A DNA stretch of 64,000 bases from Anaerohalosphaeraceae bacterium. Its GTDB lineage: Bacteria > Planctomycetota > Phycisphaerae > Sedimentisphaerales > Anaerohalosphaeraceae. Each line of letters opens with the position of its first letter. Position 1 is the first letter of the stretch. Under the pieces are notes generated by a model, which saw only the letters and a program-made list of their open reading frames with translations, did not search any database and was not told the DNA's origin. Positions 38,657 through 48,275 of this stretch are shown here, piece by piece. Location: NCBI GenBank assembly GCA_050309605.1, contig JBNRMN010000003.1, positions 33,665-97,664 of the forward strand, read 5' to 3'. The translations under genes were made by a program, and so were the position numbers.

Positions 38657-41600
38657 TCAATTACCATGCCTTAAAACACGTTCGGGACTCATTGGCTTTG
38701 GTTTGATTCCCGGCCAATCTTCATAGAGCTGCATCTCCGCTTCTCTATCTTCAAACTCTAACCGATATTGATTCGACAAGTTCTTCAAATCTTCACTGGT
38801 CAGATCTGTACCCGGACGCAGAATATTTGCTTTCACAAAGACATATAGTTTATTCTCCTGACTGGTATTTGATGTTGATCGGAACAAGCCGCCCAGAAGC
38901 GGCAAATCTCCCAGAATCGGCACCTTGGTGCCGCCCTTGCTCTGATTGATCTTGTCCATACCGCCGAGAATAATCGTATAACCGTCCGGTACGGTCACTA
39001 CGGTCGTCACATCACTTTCAGCGCGATCCGGCGGTTTTTGACTCGTTGTGTCAAAATTTATAAAATCTGAGCGATTCAGAATAATCTCGAGCCTTAAATT
39101 ATCTCCTTTACTGATACGCGGTGTAATATCCAGCTTGATACTGGCGTCATAAGGATCAAATTCGACTGTTTCTGTCTGAATAGGTTCACCGCTTTGCGTT
39201 TGCTGAATATTGGTCGTGCGCCGTGTCACATAGGTTGTTGACTTGGTCTCAATGGTTCCCTGTTCATTGTCATTCACCAATAACTTGGGATTGGCCATGA
39301 TACGACCATAACGCTTTCTTTCCATTGCCGTCAGCAAAGCCATCACCTTGTCATTACCGTAAAATCCGGTGAACTCGCCGCGATTGGCCTGCAGATCAAT
39401 GAATCGTGAACGATCACTGTCGGGGCTGAGTAATTTATCTAAAATATCGCCCTTTGTAATCACACTTTCACCGCTGCCTTGTATCGTTCCTGTCAATCCT
39501 GATGTGTTGGTTAAGTCAGGAATACTATTGAGAACATTAATCGCATAATTAAAATCATCGTCGCTGGTGATTTCCACCAATGTACAATCCAGCAGTACCT
39601 GCGGTCGATATTCGTCCAGCTCGCGAATCAGCTCACCGAGCCACTGCTGGTTGCGCTGATTGGCATAGACAATCAGCGAATAGGTCTTCGGATCAGGAAC
39701 AATCCGAATACGCTGTTCTTCACCGGACGGCAATATAGCCGCTTGACGCGAACGCGTCTGAATACGAGCATCCGGCTCTGATCGTGTTCCCTCGGCTGCT
39801 TCTTCGTAGGTTTCCTGGATCAGCCTATTTAATATCTCCGCAAGTTCGTCCGGCGCCTGATTTTCCAGCGCATAGACCATATACGGCGCAAACATCCGCT
39901 CGCGCTGGCGGTCGGCGTGGGCGATGACCATCGCGATGGCCGCATGCTGACGCGGCGTGGCGTGAATCAGCAGCGAGTTCGTCGCCGGCAGCACCGCAAT
40001 TTGCGGCTCGGCGGCGGTGATCTCGCGTTCCGTACCCTCCGGCGTCGGCAGCGCCATCGGCGGCGCCCCCTCCGCATCGGGCTGGGTCTGCCGCTGCTGC
40101 GTCGCTCGCCCGGTCGTGCCGCCTGCGGCGCGCGGGCCGTCCGTCGCGGCGGTTGAACGCGCCGAGATGATCCCCAAATCCGTCAGCGTATCCAGAATCA
40201 TCTGCGTATCGACATACTGAATCTCATACTCGCGAATCGTCCGCTGGTCTTTCTGCGTCACGTCCACATGGGAGATGACCAATTCAATCGCCTTGTGCTG
40301 CTCCTCGGTGGCGTTGACCAGCAGCGAATTGGTCGCCGCACGCAGCGAGATATACGGCTCATCGAGCGTGCCGGCGCCGGACACAGTCTGGGCCTGGCGG
40401 GCCTGAGCTGCCTGCTGTTGCTGCAGCGCCGCCTGCTGCTGGGGCGTCAACTGCTGTCCCGGCCGCACCGTCGGCGGACGGGCCGCGGTCGGCTGCGCGG
40501 TACTGACCGTGACCCGCGCCAGACCCAGCTCGTTGAGCACGGTAATCACTTCAGTCGCTTCCACATGCTGAATCACATATTCGCGAACAGTTCGTAAATC
40601 ATGGCTCGGTACATCCAGACTTTCAATCAACCGATTGACAATCTCCAGCTCCTCCGCATAACCGATCATCAGGACGCGATTGGTCCGTTCGTCCGCCTCC
40701 AAATAAACCGCGTCTTGATTCGTCGCCGTTTGAGCCTGCTGCTGGGCACGTGCCTGGGCCTGCTGACGCGCACGCTGTTCAGCGAGCTGACGCGCCCGTT
40801 CTGCGGCCGTCGTTGCCCGCGGCTGAGCGGTCGGCTGAGCCGCCGCCGGCTGGCCGGAAACGGTAATGCTGACGCCCTGAATCTCGCCGGCCAGCGCCTT
40901 GACCTTGGGCACAAGATCCGCCGCCGGCATATAACGAATCTGACGGAACTGAAAATCTTTCGGGGCGCCGGCCACATCAATCATCGCCAGCACGTCACGA
41001 ATGCGTTCCATCCGAAACGCATAATCCGTTACAATCAGCGTCCCGGTTTCCTTAATCGGAATAAAATCAGCCCCCAGCTTCATTTGCGTCAACATATTCC
41101 GCGCCGAATCGGCATCGATATGGTCTAACTCAAACACACTGCTGACCACCACATCCCCCGGCTGAATCGGCTCATTCGGCAGCCGCAGCACCGGATCCAC
41201 GTTGGCCACGTCCTGCGTGCGGGCAATCGTGACCAGCCGGTCCCGCCGGGTCATCACAAATCCGCGAAACCGCAGAACCGACTCAAGCAGCGAATATAGA
41301 TCCTTGATCCGAATCGTCCCGTCATGAACCTTGAGCATCACTTTCTGATTCCGCAGAATCGCCGGGTCATACATATAGTTCAGTCCGAGCTGCTTGCCCA
41401 CCAGTTCCACCAGGTCTTCGACTTCCACTTCTACGGGCAGAGTAATGGTCAATTCCAGCTCCTGCTCGGCTTTGTCTTCGGGCAGTTGCGTGCCGGTCAC
41501 GATACGATGATCGGCGGGCGTCGGCTCGGCAACGTCAGGCGTCGGCTCGTCCGCGGGCAACGCCGCTTGGTCCTCGTCCTGCGCCGGCGACTCAGCAGTC

Positions 41601-42547
41601 GGCTGTTGGGCCTGTTCGGACGTTTTCATCAGCATCTCCAGCACCGCAAGCAGGCCCTCATCAGACGCCTCGTCTTGGTCGGCTGACATCTGTTCCATCT
41701 GCCTGCGAATATCCTCAATCGCTTGCTGCTCCGGATCGACGGCCTCTTCCGGCTTGGGCTGCGGTTCGGATTCCGGCTCCGGCTCCGGTTCGACCGGCTC
41801 GGCAGGTTCCGCAGCGGTATGGTCCGGCGTTGCCGTGTCCGTTGTTTCTTCAGCGGCCGATTCAACCGCATCGGGCTCGGCGGGGATATCCGACGGCGGC
41901 TTCTCGTCGCCGAAAAGCTCAGCGGCGATCTCGGCCAGCGAGGGCCTCTTTTCCTCAATCGCCGCCTCGACCGTTTCGCTGTCTTTTGGATCGGGTTCGG
42001 AGGGGGCCGTTTTTTCCGTTTTCCACGTGTCAATAAAGGTTTCTATTTGGTCCAGCACATCAGCCGAGGCGATCCCCATCACCGTCCCTTCGAATAGATC
42101 GACTATCGCCGGATTGGGCGAACCCGAAGGCGGCGCATTGAGCAGCGTGCCGATGGTCAGGCTGCGCAGACGCACCGCAAGCTCTTCCTGCTTCGGCGCC
42201 GGCACCTGCTCGGTCGGAACCAGCAGCGGGCGAATCTCGACCGGCGATTCACTGTCGGCCAGGGTAACCACCGACGTGGCCTTGATCAAATCCTGCGTCC
42301 GATCGCTGGTCACGATAAGCACATCCGGCGAGAGTTGATTATACTCCGTGCCGAGGTTCAGCCGTTCGAGCATCGTCTGAACCGTGCGGCTGTCGTTGTG
42401 GCGAAGACGAAAGATGCGACTGCGCAGCGGACCGCGATCGGTTTGCGAATACGCAAAAAGGCACGCCAGCATTAACATCAGCAACCCCGGTCGAGTCATT
42501 TTGTTCATAACCTGACACCTGTTATTCTCTGAATTCTGATTTGTCAT
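38657..42547 (-). CDS. gspD: T2SS secretin GspD, very large (1296 aa)
   Basis: Several N-domains (DERTNRVL, ATNSLLV, ATNSLLI, KTYSLIV) and a secretin domain (PQVLLD, ANPKLLV, KVPILGDLPLLGGLFR). Confidence 0.92.
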   Translation of the reverse strand: MTNQNSENNRCQVMNKMTRPGLLMLMLACLFAYSQTDRGPLRSRIFRLRHNDSRTVQTMLERLNLGTEYNQLSPDVLIVTSDRTQDLIKATSVVTLADSESPVEIRPLLVPTEQVPAPKQEELAVRLRSLTIGTLLNAPPSGSPNPAIVDLFEGTVMGIASADVLDQIETFIDTWKTEKTAPSEPDPKDSETVEAAIEEKRPSLAEIAAELFGDEKPPSDIPAEPDAVESAAEETTDTATPDHTAAEPAEPVEPEPEPESEPQPKPEEAVDPEQQAIEDIRRQMEQMSADQDEASDEGLLAVLEMLMKTSEQAQQPTAESPAQDEDQAALPADEPTPDVAEPTPADHRIVTGTQLPEDKAEQELELTITLPVEVEVEDLVELVGKQLGLNYMYDPAILRNQKVMLKVHDGTIRIKDLYSLLESVLRFRGFVMTRRDRLVTIARTQDVANVDPVLRLPNEPIQPGDVVVSSVFELDHIDADSARNMLTQMKLGADFIPIKETGTLIVTDYAFRMERIRDVLAMIDVAGAPKDFQFRQIRYMPAADLVPKVKALAGEIQGVSITVSGQPAAAQPTAQPRATTAAERARQLAEQRARQQAQARAQQQAQTATNQDAVYLEADERTNRVLMIGYAEELEIVNRLIESLDVPSHDLRTVREYVIQHVEATEVITVLNELGLARVTVSTAQPTAARPPTVRPGQQLTPQQQAALQQQQAAQARQAQTVSGAGTLDEPYISLRAATNSLLVNATEEQHKAIELVISHVDVTQKDQRTIREYEIQYVDTQMILDTLTDLGIISARSTAATDGPRAAGGTTGRATQQRQTQPDAEGAPPMALPTPEGTEREITAAEPQIAVLPATNSLLIHATPRQHAAIAMVIAHADRQRERMFAPYMVYALENQAPDELAEILNRLIQETYEEAAEGTRSEPDARIQTRSRQAAILPSGEEQRIRIVPDPKTYSLIVYANQRNQQWLGELIRELDEYRPQVLLDCTLVEITSDDDFNYAINVLNSIPDLTNTSGLTGTIQGSGESVITKGDILDKLLSPDSDRSRFIDLQANRGEFTGFYGNDKVMALLTAMERKRYGRIMANPKLLVNDNEQGTIETKSTTYVTRRTTNIQQTQSGEPIQTETVEFDPYDASIKLDITPRISKGDNLRLEIILNRSDFINFDTTSQKPPDRAESDVTTVVTVPDGYTIILGGMDKINQSKGGTKVPILGDLPLLGGLFRSTSNTSQENKLYVFVKANILRPGTDLTSEDLKNLSNQYRLEFEDREAEMQLYEDWPGIKPKPMSPERVLRHGN

Positions 42548-42560
42548 CGATTAGTCCCGT

Positions 42561-43616
42561 TCATTGATCGTTTTCGGATGACGGCGTCGCATCGCCTGTC
42601 GGTGCCTCGTCGGATGAGTCGGTATCGCTCACCTCGACGTGGTCCTCAGCGGTCTGCTGTTCAAGTGTTGTTTTTTCTTTTTGCAGAAGCTGCAAAAGCT
42701 GCATCCAGGCCTCCTGCTCCCGCCTTTGCTCGTCAGACGAAACATGCGGGTCGTCGCGGTGCATGATTTCCTGAATGCTGGCGATGCTCTCCTGAAGTGA
42801 TTCTTTCTTTTCTTCCGGCGACGGCTCGCGGACCGACGCGCGAACGCGATCAATCCGTCCCTGAACATCGACGCGCTCAGAAGGCAGACGCGACGCATCC
42901 CGCGCTACGCGAATCGGTCCGGCGGCGCCGGCCTGACGTTCGTCCGATTCATCAGCGGCGGTCTCGGAGACCTGTGAAACCGCGGTCGTCACCCCGCTGG
43001 GCCCGCTCGAACGAGCCGAGGCCGTCGCGTCTTCTTTCAGCAGCGACCGAACGCGCGGCTGGGGCGTCGGCATAAAAATCTCCGAGTGCCGTTTGCCATC
43101 CTGGAACAAAACCACGCTGCCGTCATGGACCTCGTGAAGAACCAGATGTTCGACTTGTTCGCCCCGGCGATACCACTTGGACGGCCCGACCACCGGTTTG
43201 AGCAGCGCAAACGACCGCTCCGGATCACTTTCCGAGCGAGCGGTAGCCACCAAATCAAACCGCACCGATACCGGACGCGGCGGCACAACTCGCATCGGAC
43301 GTTCAGGCTCCGGATCCGGCTTCGGATCCGGACGTTGTCGCTGGGCCGTTTGAGCGGGCGGCGGATCGGGTTTGGGCGGAGGCGGCGGGTCAATCCGCAA
43401 GGCAAACTTTTTGGCCTGGGTCACCAAGGGCGAAACGGCGTCTTCTTTGTCGGGTGCGACCTGAACCTCGGTTTTGAGTTTCTCAACGATACCCGGCTCA
43501 GCAAGAAACGCCTCGATTTCCGCATCGCCTTTCAGCCCCCATAAAGCCAATAAAACCACACCGCAGACCGCCGAGGCAGCCAGCAAAAAACTTGTTATCC
43601 GCAGTGTTCTAACCAT
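42561..43616 (-). CDS. GspC-like protein
   Basis: N-terminal TM, Pro-rich linker, HR-like segment (FDLVATA...FALL...WYRRGEQV...EVHDGSVV); immediately upstream of gspD. Confidence 0.55.
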   Translation of the reverse strand: MVRTLRITSFLLAASAVCGVVLLALWGLKGDAEIEAFLAEPGIVEKLKTEVQVAPDKEDAVSPLVTQAKKFALRIDPPPPPKPDPPPAQTAQRQRPDPKPDPEPERPMRVVPPRPVSVRFDLVATARSESDPERSFALLKPVVGPSKWYRRGEQVEHLVLHEVHDGSVVLFQDGKRHSEIFMPTPQPRVRSLLKEDATASARSSGPSGVTTAVSQVSETAADESDERQAGAAGPIRVARDASRLPSERVDVQGRIDRVRASVREPSPEEKKESLQESIASIQEIMHRDDPHVSSDEQRREQEAWMQLLQLLQKEKTTLEQQTAEDHVEVSDTDSSDEAPTGDATPSSENDQ

Positions 43617-43754
43617 TAATACTCCGACACATCCTCATAAGGCGATAACGATACACAACAAGCTGAGCTGATTCCAAACCCTTAGACACCTCAGAGGGCA
43701 TTTTGTTCCCTCGTTGAAGGCAATGAATTGCCCTCTAAACAAATCAAAATGTGT

Positions 43755-44888
43755 CTAATTCAGCCTAAACCAGGCATTGCAGCGAATCGACAATTCCTGA
43801 CCGCTGGTCAGCTTGATTTTCAGCTCGTCTGATATATATCGGCGAGTTGGGGTCGGAGCATCGGCAGAAGGCGTGATTTTTACCATAATTTGAAGATGAT
43901 TTCCATCATGCCTCTGGCTGTCGATGGACATCATCCCGTTTGTGGAAGAATACGACTCAATCTCAACTTTCTGATCATAATTGCTGCGGATCCAGACATC
44001 CCGAATGATCTCTTCGCCCGGCGCGATATTTTGCAGAATTATCCGCGGACGCGACACCTCAAAAAAGGGTTTGGCACTGAAATGCACCGCCAACAGCCCC
44101 GCTTGCGGATGATCGGTTCGTACCTGAATCAAACCGGTAGGCGTTGTTCCAAGTTTTTCCATATCCACTTTCGGATCAAGTATAAACTCGGTCGCCCGCT
44201 CTGATCGATCAAACGGGATCGTCATCACCCCGTTGGTCGCTGAGGCGCTGGTTATCGCAAAGGCCTTGCCGTCCGTACTTGTGACGCTCAATTTCGGCAT
44301 CCCGGCATTGTCCTGATCCAGCAGCAAAGACACTTCCTTCGGACTGATTTCGACATTAACGACCACTTTGGCCTTGATAGTCAATTCGTATTGCGGGTTT
44401 TTAGGGTCATTTGTATAGACATATATCGGCTTAACATCCGTCACACCGCTGGAGGCCGCATTATACCGAACGTTAAGCATGCCGGATTCTCCCGGCTCAT
44501 ATTCACGCTTCTTAAGATCCGGAATCGTGCAGCCGCACGGCGCATGAAACCGCTCAATTTTCAGGACCTCACTCCCCTTGTTTTCAAACTTAAAATCAAC
44601 CGTATGAGATGAACTTGGGCCGACTTGACCAAAATCGTGCACCGATTCTTCGAACCAAATCACAGGCACTGCATCCGCTTCCGGCTCCGGTTCAGCGGCA
44701 GACTGCGGTTTGATCGGCTCGTTTCGAGGCACGGCAGGCTCAGCAGAAGCACGAACAGCAGCGGCGGATCGCGGCGGATCACTTACAAGGGGTTCCGGCT
44801 CCGAAACAACTGCTTCTCCTGAGGCACATCCTGCGATCAACGCGATGAATAAAACAAGTCCCCACGCAAAAAAATGACCCAATCTCAT
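43755..44888 (-). CDS. DUF1573-domain lipoprotein
   Basis: Lipobox IAGC; HDFG...FKFENKG...PCGCT...PGESG; SD GAGGAG. Confidence 0.8.
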   Translation of the reverse strand: MRLGHFFAWGLVLFIALIAGCASGEAVVSEPEPLVSDPPRSAAAVRASAEPAVPRNEPIKPQSAAEPEPEADAVPVIWFEESVHDFGQVGPSSSHTVDFKFENKGSEVLKIERFHAPCGCTIPDLKKREYEPGESGMLNVRYNAASSGVTDVKPIYVYTNDPKNPQYELTIKAKVVVNVEISPKEVSLLLDQDNAGMPKLSVTSTDGKAFAITSASATNGVMTIPFDRSERATEFILDPKVDMEKLGTTPTGLIQVRTDHPQAGLLAVHFSAKPFFEVSRPRIILQNIAPGEEIIRDVWIRSNYDQKVEIESYSSTNGMMSIDSQRHDGNHLQIMVKITPSADAPTPTRRYISDELKIKLTSGQELSIRCNAWFRLN

Positions 44889-45013
44889 AGTAAAACTCCT
44901 CAAAATTGAAAAGATTTTCAAACAGGGCTTTTATGTTTACGCCGATAAATGCAATTAAGTTTACCAAAAAGAGGTTGACTGACAACAGTATTTCGGTCGA
45001 TTCCGGATATGGC

Positions 45014-45042
45014 TTTACACAAAGAGGACCGGCCGTTACAAT
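45014..45042 (+). promoter_or_regulatory. Sigma70-type promoter for the glycosyltransferase operon
   Basis: TTTACA-N17-TACAAT. Confidence 0.5.
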
Positions 45043-45132
45043 TTCCGGAGTCGATAAAGGCTCGGCCCATAATCGGTCAACATGAATTCGTCATGGACGG
45101 CGTTGCCCACTGTTCCAGATGAGGAGTTCGCA

Positions 45133-46104
45133 ATGAACAACACGCAACAGCCGGAATTGTCTTTGGTCATTCCGGTATTCAACGAAGCGGACAGTCTGCC
45201 CGGCTTGCAGCGTGAAATCGTCCAGGCCCTGGACGGCCTCGATTATGAAATCCTCTACATCGACGACGGCAGTTCCGATGAGAGTTTTCGGGTTCTCAAC
45301 GACATACAGCGGTCCTGCCCGCGCGTGCGGCTGATTCGCTTTCGCCGCAATTTCGGCCAGACCGCCGCGCTGAGCGCCGGGTTTCGCTACGCCCGCGGCA
45401 AGGTTATCGTTCCGTTGGACGCCGACGGCCAGAACGACCCTGCCGACATACCGCGATTGGTCAGCAAACTCAACGAAGGCTGCGACATCGTCAGCGGCTG
45501 GCGCAAAGAACGCAAAGACAATCCCGTCACCCGCACCCTGCCGTCGCGGATCGCCAACTGGATGATCGGCCGCATCACCGGCGTGCGGCTGCACGATTAC
45601 GGCTGCACACTCAAGGCCTATCGCGCCGAATCGCTCAAACCTATCCGGCTGTACGGCGAGATGCACCGGTTCATCCCCGCGCTGGCCAGTTGGGGCGGTG
45701 AAAACGTGACCGAATTGGTCGTCAACCATCGCCCGCGCACCGCCGGCAAGACCAAGTACGGCCTGAATCGCACCTTCAAGGTGATACTTGATCTGATGAC
45801 CATCAAATTTCTTGCGTCCTTTTCCACCAAACCGATCTATATCTTCGGCGGACTGGGCGTCTTGTGCTTTTTTGGATCGTTTCTGTCAGGGCTGGTGGTC
45901 ATTTTGATGAAGCTCATCCAAAACTATTCGATGAACCGCAACCCGTTGCTGATTGTCTCATTGATGCTGATGACCGCGGCGATTCAGTTTGTGCTGATGG
46001 GGCTGCTGGCCGAAATCCTCGTTCGCACCTATCACGAATCGCAGGATCGTCCCATCTATGTCATTGATAAAATAATCGAACCGTCGGAAACGACTGTCTC
46101 CTGA
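45133..46104 (+). CDS. GT2 polyprenol-phosphate glycosyltransferase (ArnC/GtrB-like)
   Basis: LSLVIPVFNE, DDGS, RNFGQTAA, DADGQNDP, DYGCTLK, two C-terminal TMs; SD GAGGAG. Confidence 0.92.
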   Translation: MNNTQQPELSLVIPVFNEADSLPGLQREIVQALDGLDYEILYIDDGSSDESFRVLNDIQRSCPRVRLIRFRRNFGQTAALSAGFRYARGKVIVPLDADGQNDPADIPRLVSKLNEGCDIVSGWRKERKDNPVTRTLPSRIANWMIGRITGVRLHDYGCTLKAYRAESLKPIRLYGEMHRFIPALASWGGENVTELVVNHRPRTAGKTKYGLNRTFKVILDLMTIKFLASFSTKPIYIFGGLGVLCFFGSFLSGLVVILMKLIQNYSMNRNPLLIVSLMLMTAAIQFVLMGLLAEILVRTYHESQDRPIYVIDKIIEPSETTVS

Positions 46105-46112
46105 AAGGTCCT

Positions 46113-48275
46113 ATGGCGCGTCGAAGAAAACCTGCAAACCCGTCGCCGCCGGCTCAGTCGGCCCGGAGGCCGTCCGCTTCAACATCCGGCCTGCTCGTCG
46201 CCCTGGCGGCCGTGCTGCTGCTGGGCGGCATCCCGTTTGCACTGGGCAAATACATCGAACTGAACACCCCCGACCCCTTTGACGGCGGCGCGTATGCCTA
46301 CTCGGCTCAGCGGCTGCTGACCGGCGCGCGGCTGTGGGTCGATGAGCACTCCTCCGCCCAACCGGGGACGCTGCTGTGCAACGTGCTGGGCATCAAGCTG
46401 TTCGGATTCAGCGACGTCGGCCCCAACATCATCCAGATGCTGCTGCAAATCGGCGGGCTGGCGATGCTGTTCTTCACCGCCCGGCGGCTGTTCGGCAACG
46501 TGGCTGCGGTGGTCTCGACGTCGCTGGCGGCGGTGATGCTCTCAGCACCAATCATCGCCAAATACGGCAACGTCAAAGAACAGTTTATGATTCCGTTTTC
46601 CATCGTCGCGGCCTGCGCCTTTGTCCTGCACGAAACCGGCTCAAAAAAACGCTGGGCCGTTATCGCCGGCGCTGCCGCCATCATTCCTTTTTACTTCAAA
46701 GCCACCGGCATCGCAATTGTCGTGGCGACGGGAATCTATCTGATCGTCAAACTGCTTGTCAACCGGCGGCAATGGAAATCCATTTTTCTGACGATTGCCC
46801 TCTGGACCGCCGGGGCGGCGATGGGGTTGGGTTTGCCGGCCATCCTGTATGTCTGGCAGGACGCACTGGACCGCTTTTGGCACACGTTTCCGGTGATTCT
46901 TCTGCAAGGAATTATTCTCTTTTCAGCGTTGGCGTTCGTTGTGTTCGCTTTGGCGTATCATATCGCCTGGTCAAAGGCGTTCCGAGCACTTGCCCGGGTG
47001 CATCGGCTGACATGGATTGCCGGCGGGACGGTTCTGGTTCTGACCCTGATCGTCGCAGCCGTTCTGATTATCCAAACCGAAGGCGCGGTGCCCGAACACG
47101 ACATCCCGTCTTATCTCCGCTCACTGCCATTTATTCAATATCCCGTGATGGCCCAAAGCTGGCTGTTTCATCGGGCCTACCGCATCATCGATGCCTCCGG
47201 TATTCTGGCCGAGGGCGGTTACGTCGGCCTGAGCCGTCAGGCCCGTCCGCTTTCCGAACAGGCCCCGCAGGTGCTGCGTTACTATCGCGCCGTCGGGGCG
47301 GTGCTGTATCCGGCGCTGGCGGCGTTTCTGATGTGGCTGGGCCACTGGCTGCGGCGGCTGACCTCAAAGCGTCCATCCGACAGCCCGCTGCACGCCGCGG
47401 CGGGGGTATGGGTGCTCTGGTGGCTGATCGATACCGCACTGGTTTGGGTCAGCCCGCATTCGTATGAACAATATTACCTGCCGATGTGCGCATCGGGCGC
47501 CGTCTTGTTCGGATATGCCGTCTGGCGGTGGAACCGATGGCTTCGACGCCGCTCTGATAAAATGCCTCCGCTGGCCGTCGGGGCGTCGGCGGTGGTGCTG
47601 CTGGGCATTTTTGTCTTTCCGGTCTTTGCCGGGTACACCCACAGTCCCGATACCGGCAGCGAATACAAAAACGTTCAGACCGGCCGACCCGAACGCCGAC
47701 GCGGATTGGCCCAGAGTCTGGCCGCCGTGCAGCGGCAATCCGCGGCCTTCTGGCAGCAGCTTGCCGATTATATCCGAGACAACAGCACCCCGGACGAAAC
47801 GCTGTATGTCTGGGGCTGGTATCCGGGCATCTATGTCCGCGCCGAGCGGATGGCGCCGGTGCCGCGTGCGTATGAAGCCGAGATGCACATTATCCCGCCG
47901 CGTGTCCTGGATCGACAAATCCGCACCCTGGTCAGTCGGTTCGAGGCCGACCCGCCCCGCTTTATCGTCGATAGCCGAAAGCAGCATTTTCCCTTTGACG
48001 GACGCCCGCCGCTGGAACTGTGGCCGATTGTGCCGGCCAATATGTTCGGCAATGCCCAGCCGCGACTGCTGGGCAATGATCCGCGCGAAATCGAGGTCTT
48101 CGAGCGCACCTGGAGCCAAATGCTCACGCAGCGCTTCGGCCAGGACGAAGCCGAACGCTTCGACGCGATGAAGCCCTTTCGCGATTTCGTGATGACACAC
48201 TATCGTCTCGTCCGACAATTCGGCATCCACATGCTGTATGAATATCGTTCAACACCGGCGACATCGACCCCATGA
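46113..48275 (+). CDS. GT-C fold (ArnT/PMT-like) integral membrane glycosyltransferase
   Basis: Many TM helices, DPFDGGAY first-loop acidic motif, QYYLP, DETLYVWG...IY, PPRFIVD. Confidence 0.7.
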   Translation: MARRRKPANPSPPAQSARRPSASTSGLLVALAAVLLLGGIPFALGKYIELNTPDPFDGGAYAYSAQRLLTGARLWVDEHSSAQPGTLLCNVLGIKLFGFSDVGPNIIQMLLQIGGLAMLFFTARRLFGNVAAVVSTSLAAVMLSAPIIAKYGNVKEQFMIPFSIVAACAFVLHETGSKKRWAVIAGAAAIIPFYFKATGIAIVVATGIYLIVKLLVNRRQWKSIFLTIALWTAGAAMGLGLPAILYVWQDALDRFWHTFPVILLQGIILFSALAFVVFALAYHIAWSKAFRALARVHRLTWIAGGTVLVLTLIVAAVLIIQTEGAVPEHDIPSYLRSLPFIQYPVMAQSWLFHRAYRIIDASGILAEGGYVGLSRQARPLSEQAPQVLRYYRAVGAVLYPALAAFLMWLGHWLRRLTSKRPSDSPLHAAAGVWVLWWLIDTALVWVSPHSYEQYYLPMCASGAVLFGYAVWRWNRWLRRRSDKMPPLAVGASAVVLLGIFVFPVFAGYTHSPDTGSEYKNVQTGRPERRRGLAQSLAAVQRQSAAFWQQLADYIRDNSTPDETLYVWGWYPGIYVRAERMAPVPRAYEAEMHIIPPRVLDRQIRTLVSRFEADPPRFIVDSRKQHFPFDGRPPLELWPIVPANMFGNAQPRLLGNDPREIEVFERTWSQMLTQRFGQDEAERFDAMKPFRDFVMTHYRLVRQFGIHMLYEYRSTPATSTP

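Noticed and set aside
40400..40850. Gln/Ala-rich stretches in gspD as a DNA repeat element
   Set aside because: In-frame low-complexity linkers with no discrete repeat unit.
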